A stretch of 32,935 nucleotides of DNA from Omnitrophica bacterium RBG_13_46_9 (GCA_001804045.1 MHFD01000076.1:10136-43070); one strand, 5' to 3'; positions 9,913 to 21,076 are shown, counted from the first letter of the stretch. Translations and numbers: made by a program. The notes: a model not told the origin generated them from the sequence alone.

Positions 9913-11253
9913 ATGAATAACGGAAAGCTTTTGATTTTGAGTCTTGATGGCGCTTCCTGGGAAGGGTTAAAACCTTTTCAGGAACAAGGGAAATTGCCTA
10001 TAATAAGCTCATTGGTGAGTTCCGGCATGTCAGGGCCGCTTTCTTCTATGCTACCGACCTTCACATACCCCAATTGGGGGAGTTTCTGGACAGGACAAAA
10101 CCCCGGCCGACACGGGATATTCGCATTTAAAGAGCTGCGGTCGAGAGGAAGGTTGCACCAACTCGTGGGATGGAACTCACTTAAACTGCCGACCTGGCCC
10201 GAACTAGCGCATAGTCGAGGCTTCAAGATGGTTTCGGTATACGCCCCCCTTACCTACCCTCCGGCAAAACTTAACGGTCTTATCGTAGCGGACCAGCACA
10301 TGAGAAATTCCCGTAATTTCACGCATCCTGCGAGATTGGCCGGAGAACTCCGCTCCAGGTTTGGGAGGGTGTGCCCGCCTAAATCCGAGCAATTTTTCCC
10401 CCCTGGCGGTTTTCGGGACTCAGAATCCATGCGTGAATTTGTCCAAAAGCAAATTCAGAGCGTACTTCAGACCGGGGCAATAGCAGAGTATCTCCTTAAG
10501 AAACCTTCATGGGATATATGCATGGTTCATTTTTTCGCGACGGATCCCCTGCAGCACGCCCTCTGGCATCTTATGGACTCCGGACATCCAGCTTTTAGCG
10601 CAGAGGGACATCAGGAAATAGCGAAGTTCTTTGAGGCGCTGGATACGGCTATCGGGCGATTGATAGAGGAGGTAAAGCCGGGCATGGTCACGTTATTTTC
10701 TGTGCATGGGTTTACAGCTACCCGCGGTATCCTAAATCTATCCCGTTGTCTATTCGATTCTCTCGATAGAAAACCAAGAGGTGTTTTTCTTGATTGTAAA
10801 GCGATATATGTATACAATAAAATACGGGAAAACGGCGCGATTACAGATATTCTTATTCAAGCCCTGCAAAGCTTAAAGGACCCTTCTTCCGGGTCCCATG
10901 TAATACGCAGGGCCTGGCTGGCAAAGGAGTTGTACGGTTTTGTATCGTTCCCGGAGTGGGATGTAATAGTTTTGGAATTCAACGAAGGTTATACCGGCCG
11001 TGACGGTGATTTGAGGGCTCCTCTTTTCAAGATGTGCCGGCCAAATCGGGATTATTTGATCGGTACCCATACCCGGAAAGGTCTCTGGTTATTCTGCGGC
11101 AAGGGAGTACCTGCCCGCGGCGGTCTTCAAACCGGCATTTTAGACCTTCCTCCCACGATTCTAAACTATCTTGGGGTAACTGTCCCGGAATACATGGAAG
11201 GAAGCCCGCTTCCGCTCTTTACTTCTGTTATGTCAGGGCAAAAGACAGAATAA
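9913..11253 (+). CDS. alkaline-phosphatase-superfamily enzyme, nucleotide pyrophosphatase/phosphodiesterase (NPP) type
   Basis: Metal-ligand motif LILSLDGASWEGL. Thr-nucleophile motif PTFTYPNWGSFWTGQNPGRHGI. Later His motifs LFSVHGF and LIGTHTRKG. Confidence 0.75.
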   Translation: MNNGKLLILSLDGASWEGLKPFQEQGKLPIISSLVSSGMSGPLSSMLPTFTYPNWGSFWTGQNPGRHGIFAFKELRSRGRLHQLVGWNSLKLPTWPELAHSRGFKMVSVYAPLTYPPAKLNGLIVADQHMRNSRNFTHPARLAGELRSRFGRVCPPKSEQFFPPGGFRDSESMREFVQKQIQSVLQTGAIAEYLLKKPSWDICMVHFFATDPLQHALWHLMDSGHPAFSAEGHQEIAKFFEALDTAIGRLIEEVKPGMVTLFSVHGFTATRGILNLSRCLFDSLDRKPRGVFLDCKAIYVYNKIRENGAITDILIQALQSLKDPSSGSHVIRRAWLAKELYGFVSFPEWDVIVLEFNEGYTGRDGDLRAPLFKMCRPNRDYLIGTHTRKGLWLFCGKGVPARGGLQTGILDLPPTILNYLGVTVPEYMEGSPLPLFTSVMSGQKTE

Positions 11254-11255
11254 AA

Positions 11256-13463
11256 ATGAAAATCGGACAAAAAGGCGAAAATCTTATCTTCCTTATTTCC
11301 CAGCCGCGGTCGGGCTCAACCATGCTCCAGCGGATCCTGGGAAACCACCATGATATATATACAGTATCAGAGCCATGGCTTATGGTCCCTCCGCTTGTAG
11401 GGCTGACATGTAGATGGTCCAGCCCCGAAGGGAGAGAGGCCCGTTTTGCGCGTGAAAATGTGCGCCGTTTCCTTGAGACATTTCCAGGCGGGCGCGATGA
11501 CTACTTTGAAGGCTTGCGACGCATGTATGTATACCTGTATAACCGTGCCCTTGAAAACTCGGGTAAGCGTTATTTCCTCGATAAAACACCGAGATACGCT
11601 TATTTCATACCCGAACTTTACAGGGTCTTTCCGGAAGCGCGCTACATATTCCTGCTGCGTAATCCGCTGGCAGTTCTATGCTCAATCGTCACAAACTGGA
11701 CGGGTTACGATAAGCGGACGCTTTCGACGGATCACAATGACGACCTGGTAGACGTCCCGCGTCTATTGCTTGAGGGTATGAATATCCTGGATTCAAAAGC
11801 CATAAAAGTCCACTATGAGCGCCTGGTATCCCAGCCGGATGCAGAGATAAGGAGAATCTGTGAAAATATAGGCGTGGGGTTTTACCCGGAAATAATCGAA
11901 TATAACGCGTACGGCCTTCCTCAATGGTGCTTTGGAGACCAATTTGTGTATAAACATACAGCCCCTGATGCGCGGAAATCCGAAAGCTGGAAAGCAGCCG
12001 TCAGAGACCCGCGGATGTGGGGATTCGCCTACAGTTACCTTGGATCTCTGGGTAAAGACCTTGTCGAACACCTCGGGTACTCTTACCGGGAACTGCATGG
12101 AGTCCTTCAGAACTCCCGGCCACATTGGCTCGTGAGAGGGCTGGCAGCTTTAGTGCAATGGCCACGTATACGGTCTTTATACGGTGCCGTAAAATCCGTC
12201 ATTAGAAAGATATCGTCTTTCTTTACCTTATCCTTCATCGCAGTGTTCTTTATGGAACCGTTTTTTTGGTTTCTGGGCCTGCGAGGGAAAAATAGAGACG
12301 TCGGTGCGGGCAGCGCTAAGCGCATATTGGTGGTGCGTCTGGATTCGATCGGAGACTTGGTACTGACAACCCCTTTCCTGAGAGAACTCCGCCGGAATTC
12401 GCCCGGCTCATTTATCACTCTTATAGTCGACCCGCGCGCTTTAAACCTGGTTGATATCTGCCCTTATGTAGATGAGGTGCTGACATACGACTGGAGAGCG
12501 CGGGGCTCCTTTAAAAAATTGAAAAAGTGTTTCCGGGCCGTGAATTTCTCTGCCTTCAACCTCTGGGAAAAAAGATTTGACCTGGCAATAACGCCTCGTT
12601 GGGGAACCGATTATTATCACGGGTCTTTTCTGGCGTATATTAGCGGAGCCAGGGATAGAATCGGCTATTCCGAATATACGAGCGCCGATAAACGCAGGTT
12701 AAACAGGGGGTATGATAATTTTATTACACATTTAATTACGGATGGTCCGCATGAAGCCACTCGGTTTTGCGGCGTTTCCGATTGTGGGGTTCCGTTCCGC
12801 GAAGCCCCGCAATACCGCTGGCACACGGTCAAACATGAGGTAGTACGCAATTTAGACGTGATAAAATTTTTGGGGCGGGAGCCCTCCGGTGACGATCTGG
12901 AATTATGGATAGAAGATTCCGATAAGGTCTTTGCCGGAGAGATCCTAAGGAAATATGAAGTAAAGTCCGGCGAGGCATTGGTCTGTTTCGGCGTGGGGTC
13001 CCAGGAGCCAAAAAAGATATGGCCCATCGGGTATTTTGCCGATTTGGGTGCCTGGCTCATAAAAGAATACGGCGTGCGTATATTGCTTTTGGGGAACGAG
13101 CAGGAAAAGCCGTTGGGAGAAAGGATGGAAAAAGATTTAAAAGAAGGCCCTGTCATCAATATGATAGGAAATACCACCTTACGCCGGGCAGCCGCTTTGA
13201 TAAAACACTGTAAGGCTTACATAGGCAATGACAACGGCTTAATGCACATATCGGCCGCCATGGGAATACCTGTGGTAGAGGCGTCCTGCTGGCCAAAATC
13301 AGGCTCGCTATTTGGCGAGGATAGTCCCTGCCGTTTCGGGCCATGGAAAGTCAAGAATATTGTCGTCAGCTCTCAAAAAATAGCCGGTTCCAAAGACAAT
13401 GGCATATCGCGGGTGACGGTCGAAGAGATGAAAAAGGCGGTAAGGGAGATATTGTCGAGCTGA
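11256..13463 (+). CDS. fusion protein: N-terminal sulfotransferase domain, predicted TM segment, C-terminal GT9 (heptosyltransferase-family) domain
   Basis: The ATG at 11256 lies 2 nt after the upstream stop. The track start at 11034 would overlap the upstream gene by 220 nt. N-terminal PAPS loop FLISQPRSGSTMLQRILGN plus LLRNPLAVLCS. Hydrophobic FFTLSFIAVFFMEPFFWFLGL (about 12210-12282). GT9 signatures ILVVRLDSIGDLVLTTPFLRELR and YIGNDNGLMHISAAMGIPVV. Confidence 0.8.
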   Translation: MKIGQKGENLIFLISQPRSGSTMLQRILGNHHDIYTVSEPWLMVPPLVGLTCRWSSPEGREARFARENVRRFLETFPGGRDDYFEGLRRMYVYLYNRALENSGKRYFLDKTPRYAYFIPELYRVFPEARYIFLLRNPLAVLCSIVTNWTGYDKRTLSTDHNDDLVDVPRLLLEGMNILDSKAIKVHYERLVSQPDAEIRRICENIGVGFYPEIIEYNAYGLPQWCFGDQFVYKHTAPDARKSESWKAAVRDPRMWGFAYSYLGSLGKDLVEHLGYSYRELHGVLQNSRPHWLVRGLAALVQWPRIRSLYGAVKSVIRKISSFFTLSFIAVFFMEPFFWFLGLRGKNRDVGAGSAKRILVVRLDSIGDLVLTTPFLRELRRNSPGSFITLIVDPRALNLVDICPYVDEVLTYDWRARGSFKKLKKCFRAVNFSAFNLWEKRFDLAITPRWGTDYYHGSFLAYISGARDRIGYSEYTSADKRRLNRGYDNFITHLITDGPHEATRFCGVSDCGVPFREAPQYRWHTVKHEVVRNLDVIKFLGREPSGDDLELWIEDSDKVFAGEILRKYEVKSGEALVCFGVGSQEPKKIWPIGYFADLGAWLIKEYGVRILLLGNEQEKPLGERMEKDLKEGPVINMIGNTTLRRAAALIKHCKAYIGNDNGLMHISAAMGIPVVEASCWPKSGSLFGEDSPCRFGPWKVKNIVVSSQKIAGSKDNGISRVTVEEMKKAVREILSS

Positions 13464-13724
13464 AATCTTTTTACCATTTCGAGAATCTTTTTATGTGCAG
13501 AATTATCCGGAACCAATCTCCTTTTCGGATATCTTTTAACCCTTCATGCAAAAGATATATAGGGCGTCTGCAATAAAATTTGATCTTTAACATAATATAT
13601 AATAACCAAGCTAATTTTAGCCGCCTCAATTTCCGATTCGTCAATAAAGACATTTCCTTCGGCGATATGCGGCTTCCCATTGAGGCATGTTGACCAAGCA
13701 AGAAAAATATTCTATTCAAGTATG

Positions 13725-13759
13725 AAAAAGCCTCCTACTTAAAAAGCAGGAGGCTTTTT
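13725..13759. terminator. bidirectional rho-independent terminator-like hairpin
   Basis: aaaaAGCCTCCT-acttaaaaagc-AGGAGGCTtttt. An 8-bp GC-rich stem is flanked by an A-run on the left and a T-run on the right. It lies just downstream of the minus-strand Fic C-terminal ORF. Confidence 0.55.
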
Positions 13760-13798
13760 GCCGAGAATTGGCAACCTTTGGTTCGAAATTGCAAGATA

Positions 13799-14215
13799 TT
13801 ATTTATTACGCAATTTCTCAATTGCTTTTCCTGTCGGAAGAAACAATAGTAGCCGCTTGCCCTCTTTCTCTATTTCAAAAAACCCCTTTATGGCAAGAGC
13901 TATTAAATCCTTACGAGCAGTATCATATGCAATACCGTGAGTATTTTTATGGGCTTCTATTGTATAAATATTATCTGGATGTTGAATAGAGTGATAGATT
14001 AAACTCTTTTGTCGTAAATTTAATCCACGAAACTTATCTAATAGTTCGTTTGCTTTTGATATTTCCCTCTGTTTGTTTTTTAAATATTTTCTCAATTCAT
14101 TCAAAGCAAACCTAATAGCAAGTAAATTGTGAAGCTCCACCGCCTTACAGCGGTGGCTTCTCTTTTTACAGGGTTCCGCTCTATCGGTGGAGCGGAACCC
14201 TGAACCGAAAGCCAT
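13799..14215 (-). pseudogene. Fic-family protein, C-terminal (winged-helix-like) fragment; its first 29 codons are encoded by the inserted element
   Basis: From NLLAIRFALNELRKYL onward it reads as the continuation of the upstream Fic ORF. It is in the same frame as 14249-15277, separated by 33 nt. The ATG and the MAFGSGFRSTDRAEPCKKRSHRCKAVELH leader lie inside the 126-nt element. Confidence 0.7.
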
Positions 14216-14254
14216 TCATCCGCGCCCTTACAGGCGTGGCTTTCTGGTTCATGG
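14129..14254 (-). mobile_element. 126-nt non-autonomous IS200/IS605-like element (PATE/MITE), copy 1, inserted in the Fic gene
   Basis: The reverse complement equals 26779-26904 at 118 of 126 positions; only the 8-nt central loop differs. The left flank on the element strand is TTAC. It has two direct subterminal hairpins with tgtaag loops plus a 13-bp perfect central palindrome. Confidence 0.8.
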
Positions 14255-15277
14255 GTAAACTAGAAAATAAGTCAGATCATTCTCATCATATTCAGTATAA
14301 AGATATCCTCTTACATATTGGCCAGGGGCTCTAAGAAAATGTTTTGAAATAGATAAATATTGAAAAAGTTCATAACCACGGCTCAGGAGATACCAATACA
14401 TCAATGCTCTGGCCGTTCTCCCATTCCCGTCGGTAAAGGGATGATCATACGCTAACCAAAAATGGATCATCGCTCCTTTAATGATGGAATGAATCCAATT
14501 TTCTTCGTCATCTTGATTTACAAACTCAATCAGTTTATTCATCCTGTCCTTTAGCGTATCTGCTTTAGGTGGGATATGCACAGTTTCATCTCTGTATGTA
14601 ACAACAATGTCATCCCTATCCCTAAATTTTCCTGCCTCACTAGGAGATTTCAATGTATCTTGCGTCAAAATAGTATGCAGTTCATAGAGTTTATCTGCAG
14701 AAAAGGGTGTTTTAATATTTTCTCGAATGAATTGCATTGCATGCCAATTGTTAAATATCATCTGCTCATTTTTGTCTTTGGGTTTACGCCCAGACCGTAA
14801 CATTTCTTTTGCAATCCTATACTCTGTTAAGGCCCCTTCTAGCTGGCTAGATGCAATGGCTTCGTCCATTAAAGAGCTTATAATATATTTCTCTTTGGCT
14901 GGAAGGCTAAATGGGTGGTCAGTAATTATTTGTCCCCCAGACCATTTATCAACATCACTTATGCCGCGATGCAGACAATCTGGTATCCAATACGTAAAGG
15001 GTCGATTGTTTTTGTCCATTATAGGTGTAGTTTTCCTGTTTGCGGAACGCCCTAATTTTAAATACGCCCATATTTCTTCAGCCTTGATTTCTATATTATT
15101 CGCTGGCATGCGATGAATAACATCCGACCAATAAAAGTATCGATCGCTGGCTTTGCGTATCAGATTCTGCAGTTCTGGTATTTGACCAATTTTTAGAATC
15201 TTTAAAAAACTTTCCGGGTTACCAAATATACTATTCAGATTTGGAGGTGATTCAACGAGCAAGAAAAAACCTCTCAC
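14249..15277 (-). pseudogene. Fic-family protein (AMPylase-type), N-terminal plus catalytic part, terminated by a stop inside the inserted element
   Basis: Fic motif HPFTDGNGRTAR (14408-14443). Inhibitory-helix-type motif SSQLEG (14834-14851). The ORF ends ...DLTYFLVY-P-stop, with the P codon and TGA contributed by the element. The GTG start at 15277 lies inside a terminator hairpin, so the true start is uncertain. Confidence 0.8.
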
Positions 15278-15298
15278 TTTTTAAGCAAGAGGTTTTTT
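15264..15298 (-). terminator. rho-independent terminator-like hairpin downstream of tRNA-Glu
   Basis: aaaaAACCTCT-13 nt loop-AGAGGTTtttt. It is symmetric with A/T runs on both sides, and lies 13 nt downstream of the tRNA 3' end on the minus strand. Confidence 0.5.
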
Positions 15299-15310
15299 AC
15301 AACGAGTTAG

Positions 15311-15385
15311 CAGCCCCACGGGGATTCGAACCCCGGTCTTCAGAATGAAAATCTGATGTCCTAGGCCGGGCTAGACGATGGGGCC
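15311..15385 (-). tRNA. tRNA-Glu (anticodon UUC), no encoded CCA
   Basis: The minus strand reads GGCCCCA TC GTCT AGCCCGGCCTA GGAC A TCAGA TTTTCAT TCTGA AGAC CGGGG TTCGAAT CCCCG TGGGGCT G. This gives a full cloverleaf with anticodon loop TT-TTC-AT. The D-arm and T-arm closely resemble E. coli tRNA-Glu. Positions 1-72 form a G-U pair. Confidence 0.88.
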
Positions 15386-15516
15386 AAATTTTCGCCTTAA
15401 GAAAATTTGGCACTGAGGAAATGTTGTCAATTCGACCTTATGGGAGAATTGACCATTTCCGAAGTACCTTATCATAGCTAATAGCCATTAGCCATTGGCT
15501 AAGAGCTATAAACTAT

Positions 15517-17952
15517 TTACTCTTCCTCTTCTTTAACGAGCCGCGCTACCGAGGCGACTTTATCGGCTTTCTCCAGTTTGATGATGCGTACGCCCTGGGA
15601 GGAACGGCCGGTGCTGCGTATATCCTTAACGGCGCAACGCACGACCATGCCCTTGGAAGTTATTATCATAATGTCATCCGCGTCTGAAGCCAGATTAAGG
15701 CCTATTACCGGTCCATTTTTTTCGGTTACTTTTATATTGATGACGCCTTTGCCGCCCCTTGACTGGACCCGATACTCCTGGGCCTCCGTCCTCTTGCTGA
15801 ACCCGTTTTCCGTAACGGCCAGGAGCGCGGTCTTTTTATCCGTAATGACCTCCATACCGACGACAACATCCTTCTTACCCAGATTTATGCCCCGTACCCC
15901 TGCGGCGGACCTTCCCATGTCTCTTATGTTATCTTCGGAAAACCGAATGGCCTTTCCGTCTTTAGTCGCTATAAAGACCTCGTCCTTTCCGGAGGTAAGC
16001 TTGGCGGAGATAAGATTGTCGTCCTTGCCCAAAGAAATCGCTATTATACCACTCTTTCTTATGTTTGCAAACGCTGAAAGCTTCGTTTTCTTTACCCTTC
16101 CCGTCTGCGTCATCATCATCAAAAACTTCCCCTCTTCAAAGTCCTTCACGGAAATGCTGGAGGTAATCTGCTCCCCCTGCTCCAGCGAAAGCAGGTTCAC
16201 GATAGCCTTCCCCTTTGCGGTACGGCCCGACTGGGGAATGTCGTAAACCTTTAGGGCATATGCCTTGCCTTTATTGGTAAAAAAAAGGAGGTTATCGTGA
16301 GTCGAGGCGATATACAAGTCTTCTATAAAATCTTCTTCCCTCATCTCCGCTCCCGATACGCCTTTCCCGCCTCTTTTCTGTTTTCTGTAAGCTCCGATGG
16401 GAAGGCGTTTTATGTATCCGGAATGGCTTATGGTTATAACAACGTCCTCCTCCTGTATCAGGTCTTCCATCTCGAGTTCTTCGACAGCCGCCATAAGCTG
16501 GGTGCGTCTCTGGTCTCCGAATTTTTTATTTAATTCGCTCAACTCTTCCTTGATTATCTCAAGGATTTTTTTCTCGCTGGCCAGAATAGAACGCAGAAGC
16601 TCTATTTTTTTGATAAGCTCTATATATTCCTTGTCGATCTTCGCCCTCTCCAGATTAGTGAGCCGCTGCAACTGCATTTCCAGGATCGCCTGAGCCTGCT
16701 TATCGCTCAGTTTGAACTTTTTCATAAGTTCTTCTTTGGCCGTCCCCGGGTCTTTTGATTTTCTGATGATGCTTATCACCCTATCGAGATTCTTAATCGC
16801 TATCTTTAGTCCTTCCAATATATGCGCTCTCGCTTCCGCTTTTTCCATGTCATACTTGGTCCTTTTGACAATGACCTGTTTTCTATAATCGACGTAAAGC
16901 GAAAGTATTTCCTTCAGGTTAAGGACCTGCGGCCTGCTGTTTACCAAAGCCAGCATAATGACACCGTAGGTAGTCTGCATCTGGGTGTGTTTATAAAGCT
17001 GATTTAATACTACCTGGGCGTTCTGGCCCCGTTTCAATTCGACAACAACGCGCATGCCTTCTTTATCCGATTCGTCTCTTAGATCCGCGATGCCCTCTAT
17101 TTTTCTTTCCTGGACTAAAGTCACTATCGATGATATAAGGTTATTTTTATTTACCTGGTATGGAATTTCCGTAATGATGATATTCTCTTTCCCGCCTTTC
17201 AGGCTTTCGACAAACGCCTTGGCATGCACAAGAAGCCTGCCCCTGCCTGTCTCATAAGCTCTTTTTATGCCGTCTTTCCCGCATATAATACCTCCCGTAG
17301 GGAAATCGGGACCCGTGATCTTCTTCATTAAATCCTTTATATCACAGTCGGGGTTATCAATTAAGTACGTTATGCCTTCAACGACTTCGGTCAAGTTGTG
17401 CGGTGGGATATTCGTCGCCATTCCTACGGCTATCCCGCTTGAGCCGTTTAGAATGAGATTGGGCATGGTGGCAGGAAGGATGCTCGGTTCCTTAAGCGAA
17501 TTGTCGAAGTTTGGGACAAAATCGACCGTGTTCTTTTCCAAATCCTCCAGAAGCCAATCGGTTATGCTGTGTAGACGCGCTTCTGTGTACCTCATGGCCG
17601 CAGGCGCATCGCCGTCTATGGAGCCAAAATTGCCCTGCCCGTCTACCAATGGGTACCGCAATGAAAAATCCTGCACCATGCGCACTAATGTGTCATAGAC
17701 CGCCATGTCACCGTGCGGATGGTACTTACCAAGAACCTCGCCAACGATCCTGGCGCTTTTCTTGTAGGCCTTGCCGTATTCCAGATTCAAGTCTCTCATC
17801 GCGTAAAGGATTCTTCTGTGAACCGGTTTCAAACCATCTCTTACATCCGGCAAGGCCCTGCCTACTATTACGCTCATTGCGTAATTGATATAAGAATCCT
17901 TCATCTCCTCTTCTATATGCACAGGGACCACTTTCTCGTTTCTGGTATACAT
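15517..17952 (-). CDS. gyrA: DNA gyrase subunit A
   Basis: 811 aa. It carries the canonical N-terminus with the active-site region [10 protein letters not shown] and the QRDR-like [17 protein letters not shown]. The C-terminus has beta-pinwheel repeats. Confidence 0.97.
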   Translation of the reverse strand: MYTRNEKVVPVHIEEEMKDSYINYAMSVIVGRALPDVRDGLKPVHRRILYAMRDLNLEYGKAYKKSARIVGEVLGKYHPHGDMAVYDTLVRMVQDFSLRYPLVDGQGNFGSIDGDAPAAMRYTEARLHSITDWLLEDLEKNTVDFVPNFDNSLKEPSILPATMPNLILNGSSGIAVGMATNIPPHNLTEVVEGITYLIDNPDCDIKDLMKKITGPDFPTGGIICGKDGIKRAYETGRGRLLVHAKAFVESLKGGKENIIITEIPYQVNKNNLISSIVTLVQERKIEGIADLRDESDKEGMRVVVELKRGQNAQVVLNQLYKHTQMQTTYGVIMLALVNSRPQVLNLKEILSLYVDYRKQVIVKRTKYDMEKAEARAHILEGLKIAIKNLDRVISIIRKSKDPGTAKEELMKKFKLSDKQAQAILEMQLQRLTNLERAKIDKEYIELIKKIELLRSILASEKKILEIIKEELSELNKKFGDQRRTQLMAAVEELEMEDLIQEEDVVITISHSGYIKRLPIGAYRKQKRGGKGVSGAEMREEDFIEDLYIASTHDNLLFFTNKGKAYALKVYDIPQSGRTAKGKAIVNLLSLEQGEQITSSISVKDFEEGKFLMMMTQTGRVKKTKLSAFANIRKSGIIAISLGKDDNLISAKLTSGKDEVFIATKDGKAIRFSEDNIRDMGRSAAGVRGINLGKKDVVVGMEVITDKKTALLAVTENGFSKRTEAQEYRVQSRGGKGVINIKVTEKNGPVIGLNLASDADDIMIITSKGMVVRCAVKDIRSTGRSSQGVRIIKLEKADKVASVARLVKEEEE

Positions 17953-18021
17953 AGGACTCCTTCTTTCGGCTTCCGATCTGATTATGCGTCTCTCGAGCGA
18001 CTTGGCTATTTGTATCGCTGA

Positions 18022-20562
<2,541 letters not shown>

Positions 20563-20573
20563 TTAAGCTGCAT

Positions 20574-20589
20574 GCCCTTACAGGCGTGG
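20574..20589 (-). repeat. isolated hairpin module (gcccttacaggcgtgg) identical to the left-end hairpin core of the 126-nt element
   Basis: This 16-mer is identical to 14224-14239 and to the reverse complement of the corresponding core in the 26779-26904 copy. It is embedded in a multi-hairpin spacer between the DUF721 gene and gyrB. Confidence 0.6.
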
Positions 20590-20698
20590 GATCTTTCCTC
20601 TCGCTTCGGCGAAGCGAAGCAACCTCAAAGATTGCTTCGTCGGCCTTAACAGGCCTCCTCGCAATACGAGGCCATTACAAGTATTTATGAGATGGCCT

Positions 20699-21007
20699 CT
20701 ATTTAATTTGGCCGATTCTGAATTGCAGTTCCCTGACTTTTCTTCTGCTTTTTAAATTTTCATTGAACCTTCTTAGCAAACTGTCTTTCTCCAGGGTAAG
20801 CTTGTAAAGCCAGGATGAATCACTTACATTAACAACAAGCCTTTTGGCCCTAAGAAAAGCTGGCCTGGCGTGCTTCGAAGCGCTTTTACCAACCGTTTTC
20901 TCCCATAGTTTTATGATACCCGCTTCATACTCCTCTTTTTTTTTCAGATTTGAAATTATTTTGTTTAATACGCCCTTTAGCGGTTCGGGTTTTTTATCAT
21001 TGTTCAT
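20699..21007 (-). CDS. DUF721 domain protein (DciA-like)
   Basis: 102 aa. It has the typical DUF721 pattern LWEKTVGKSASKHARPAFLRAKRLVVNVSDSSWLYKLTLEKDSLLRRFNENL. It occupies the conserved position between dnaN and gyrB. Confidence 0.7.
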   Translation of the reverse strand: MNNDKKPEPLKGVLNKIISNLKKKEEYEAGIIKLWEKTVGKSASKHARPAFLRAKRLVVNVSDSSWLYKLTLEKDSLLRRFNENLKSRRKVRELQFRIGQIK

Positions 21008-21076
21008 ATTAACTTAATGCATGGTCTGTCTTTTTATGTAGGCCCTTCGCTTGCCAAGTATTTTTAAACCCTGTCA

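Noticed and set aside
9913-11253. AlkP-superfamily protein considered as a sulfatase matured by the neighbouring SPASM radical SAM (anSME-like pair)
   Set aside because: The nucleophile region reads PTFTYPNWGSFWTGQNPGRHG (NPP-type Thr), not the C/S-x-P-x-R formylglycine motif. The sulfatase/anSME interpretation is therefore not supported.
11034-11255. 5' extension of the fusion ORF given by the ORF track
   Set aside because: It would overlap the preceding gene by 220 nt, and its translation is Arg/Ser/Pro-rich junk. The ATG at 11256 sits directly after the upstream stop and is followed at once by the sulfotransferase P-loop.
13471-13719. 82-aa minus-strand ORF between the operon and the Fic gene
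   Set aside because: Arg/Lys/Leu-rich low-complexity translation with no recognisable motif. Another minus-strand frame (…GKPHIAEGNVFIDESEIEAAKISLVIIYYVKDQILL…) looks more protein-like but has no ATG and stops after about 55 codons. The tail GDWFRIIL vaguely recalls RelE/ParE toxins. At best this is a frameshifted gene remnant, and I cannot support a call.
13760-13800. ggttcgaaat near the Fic 3' end, considered as an att-type duplicate of the tRNA-Glu T-arm marking an integrated islet
   Set aside because: Only about 9 nt match, and in the wrong orientation relative to the tRNA. No longer direct repeat of the tRNA 3' end was found.
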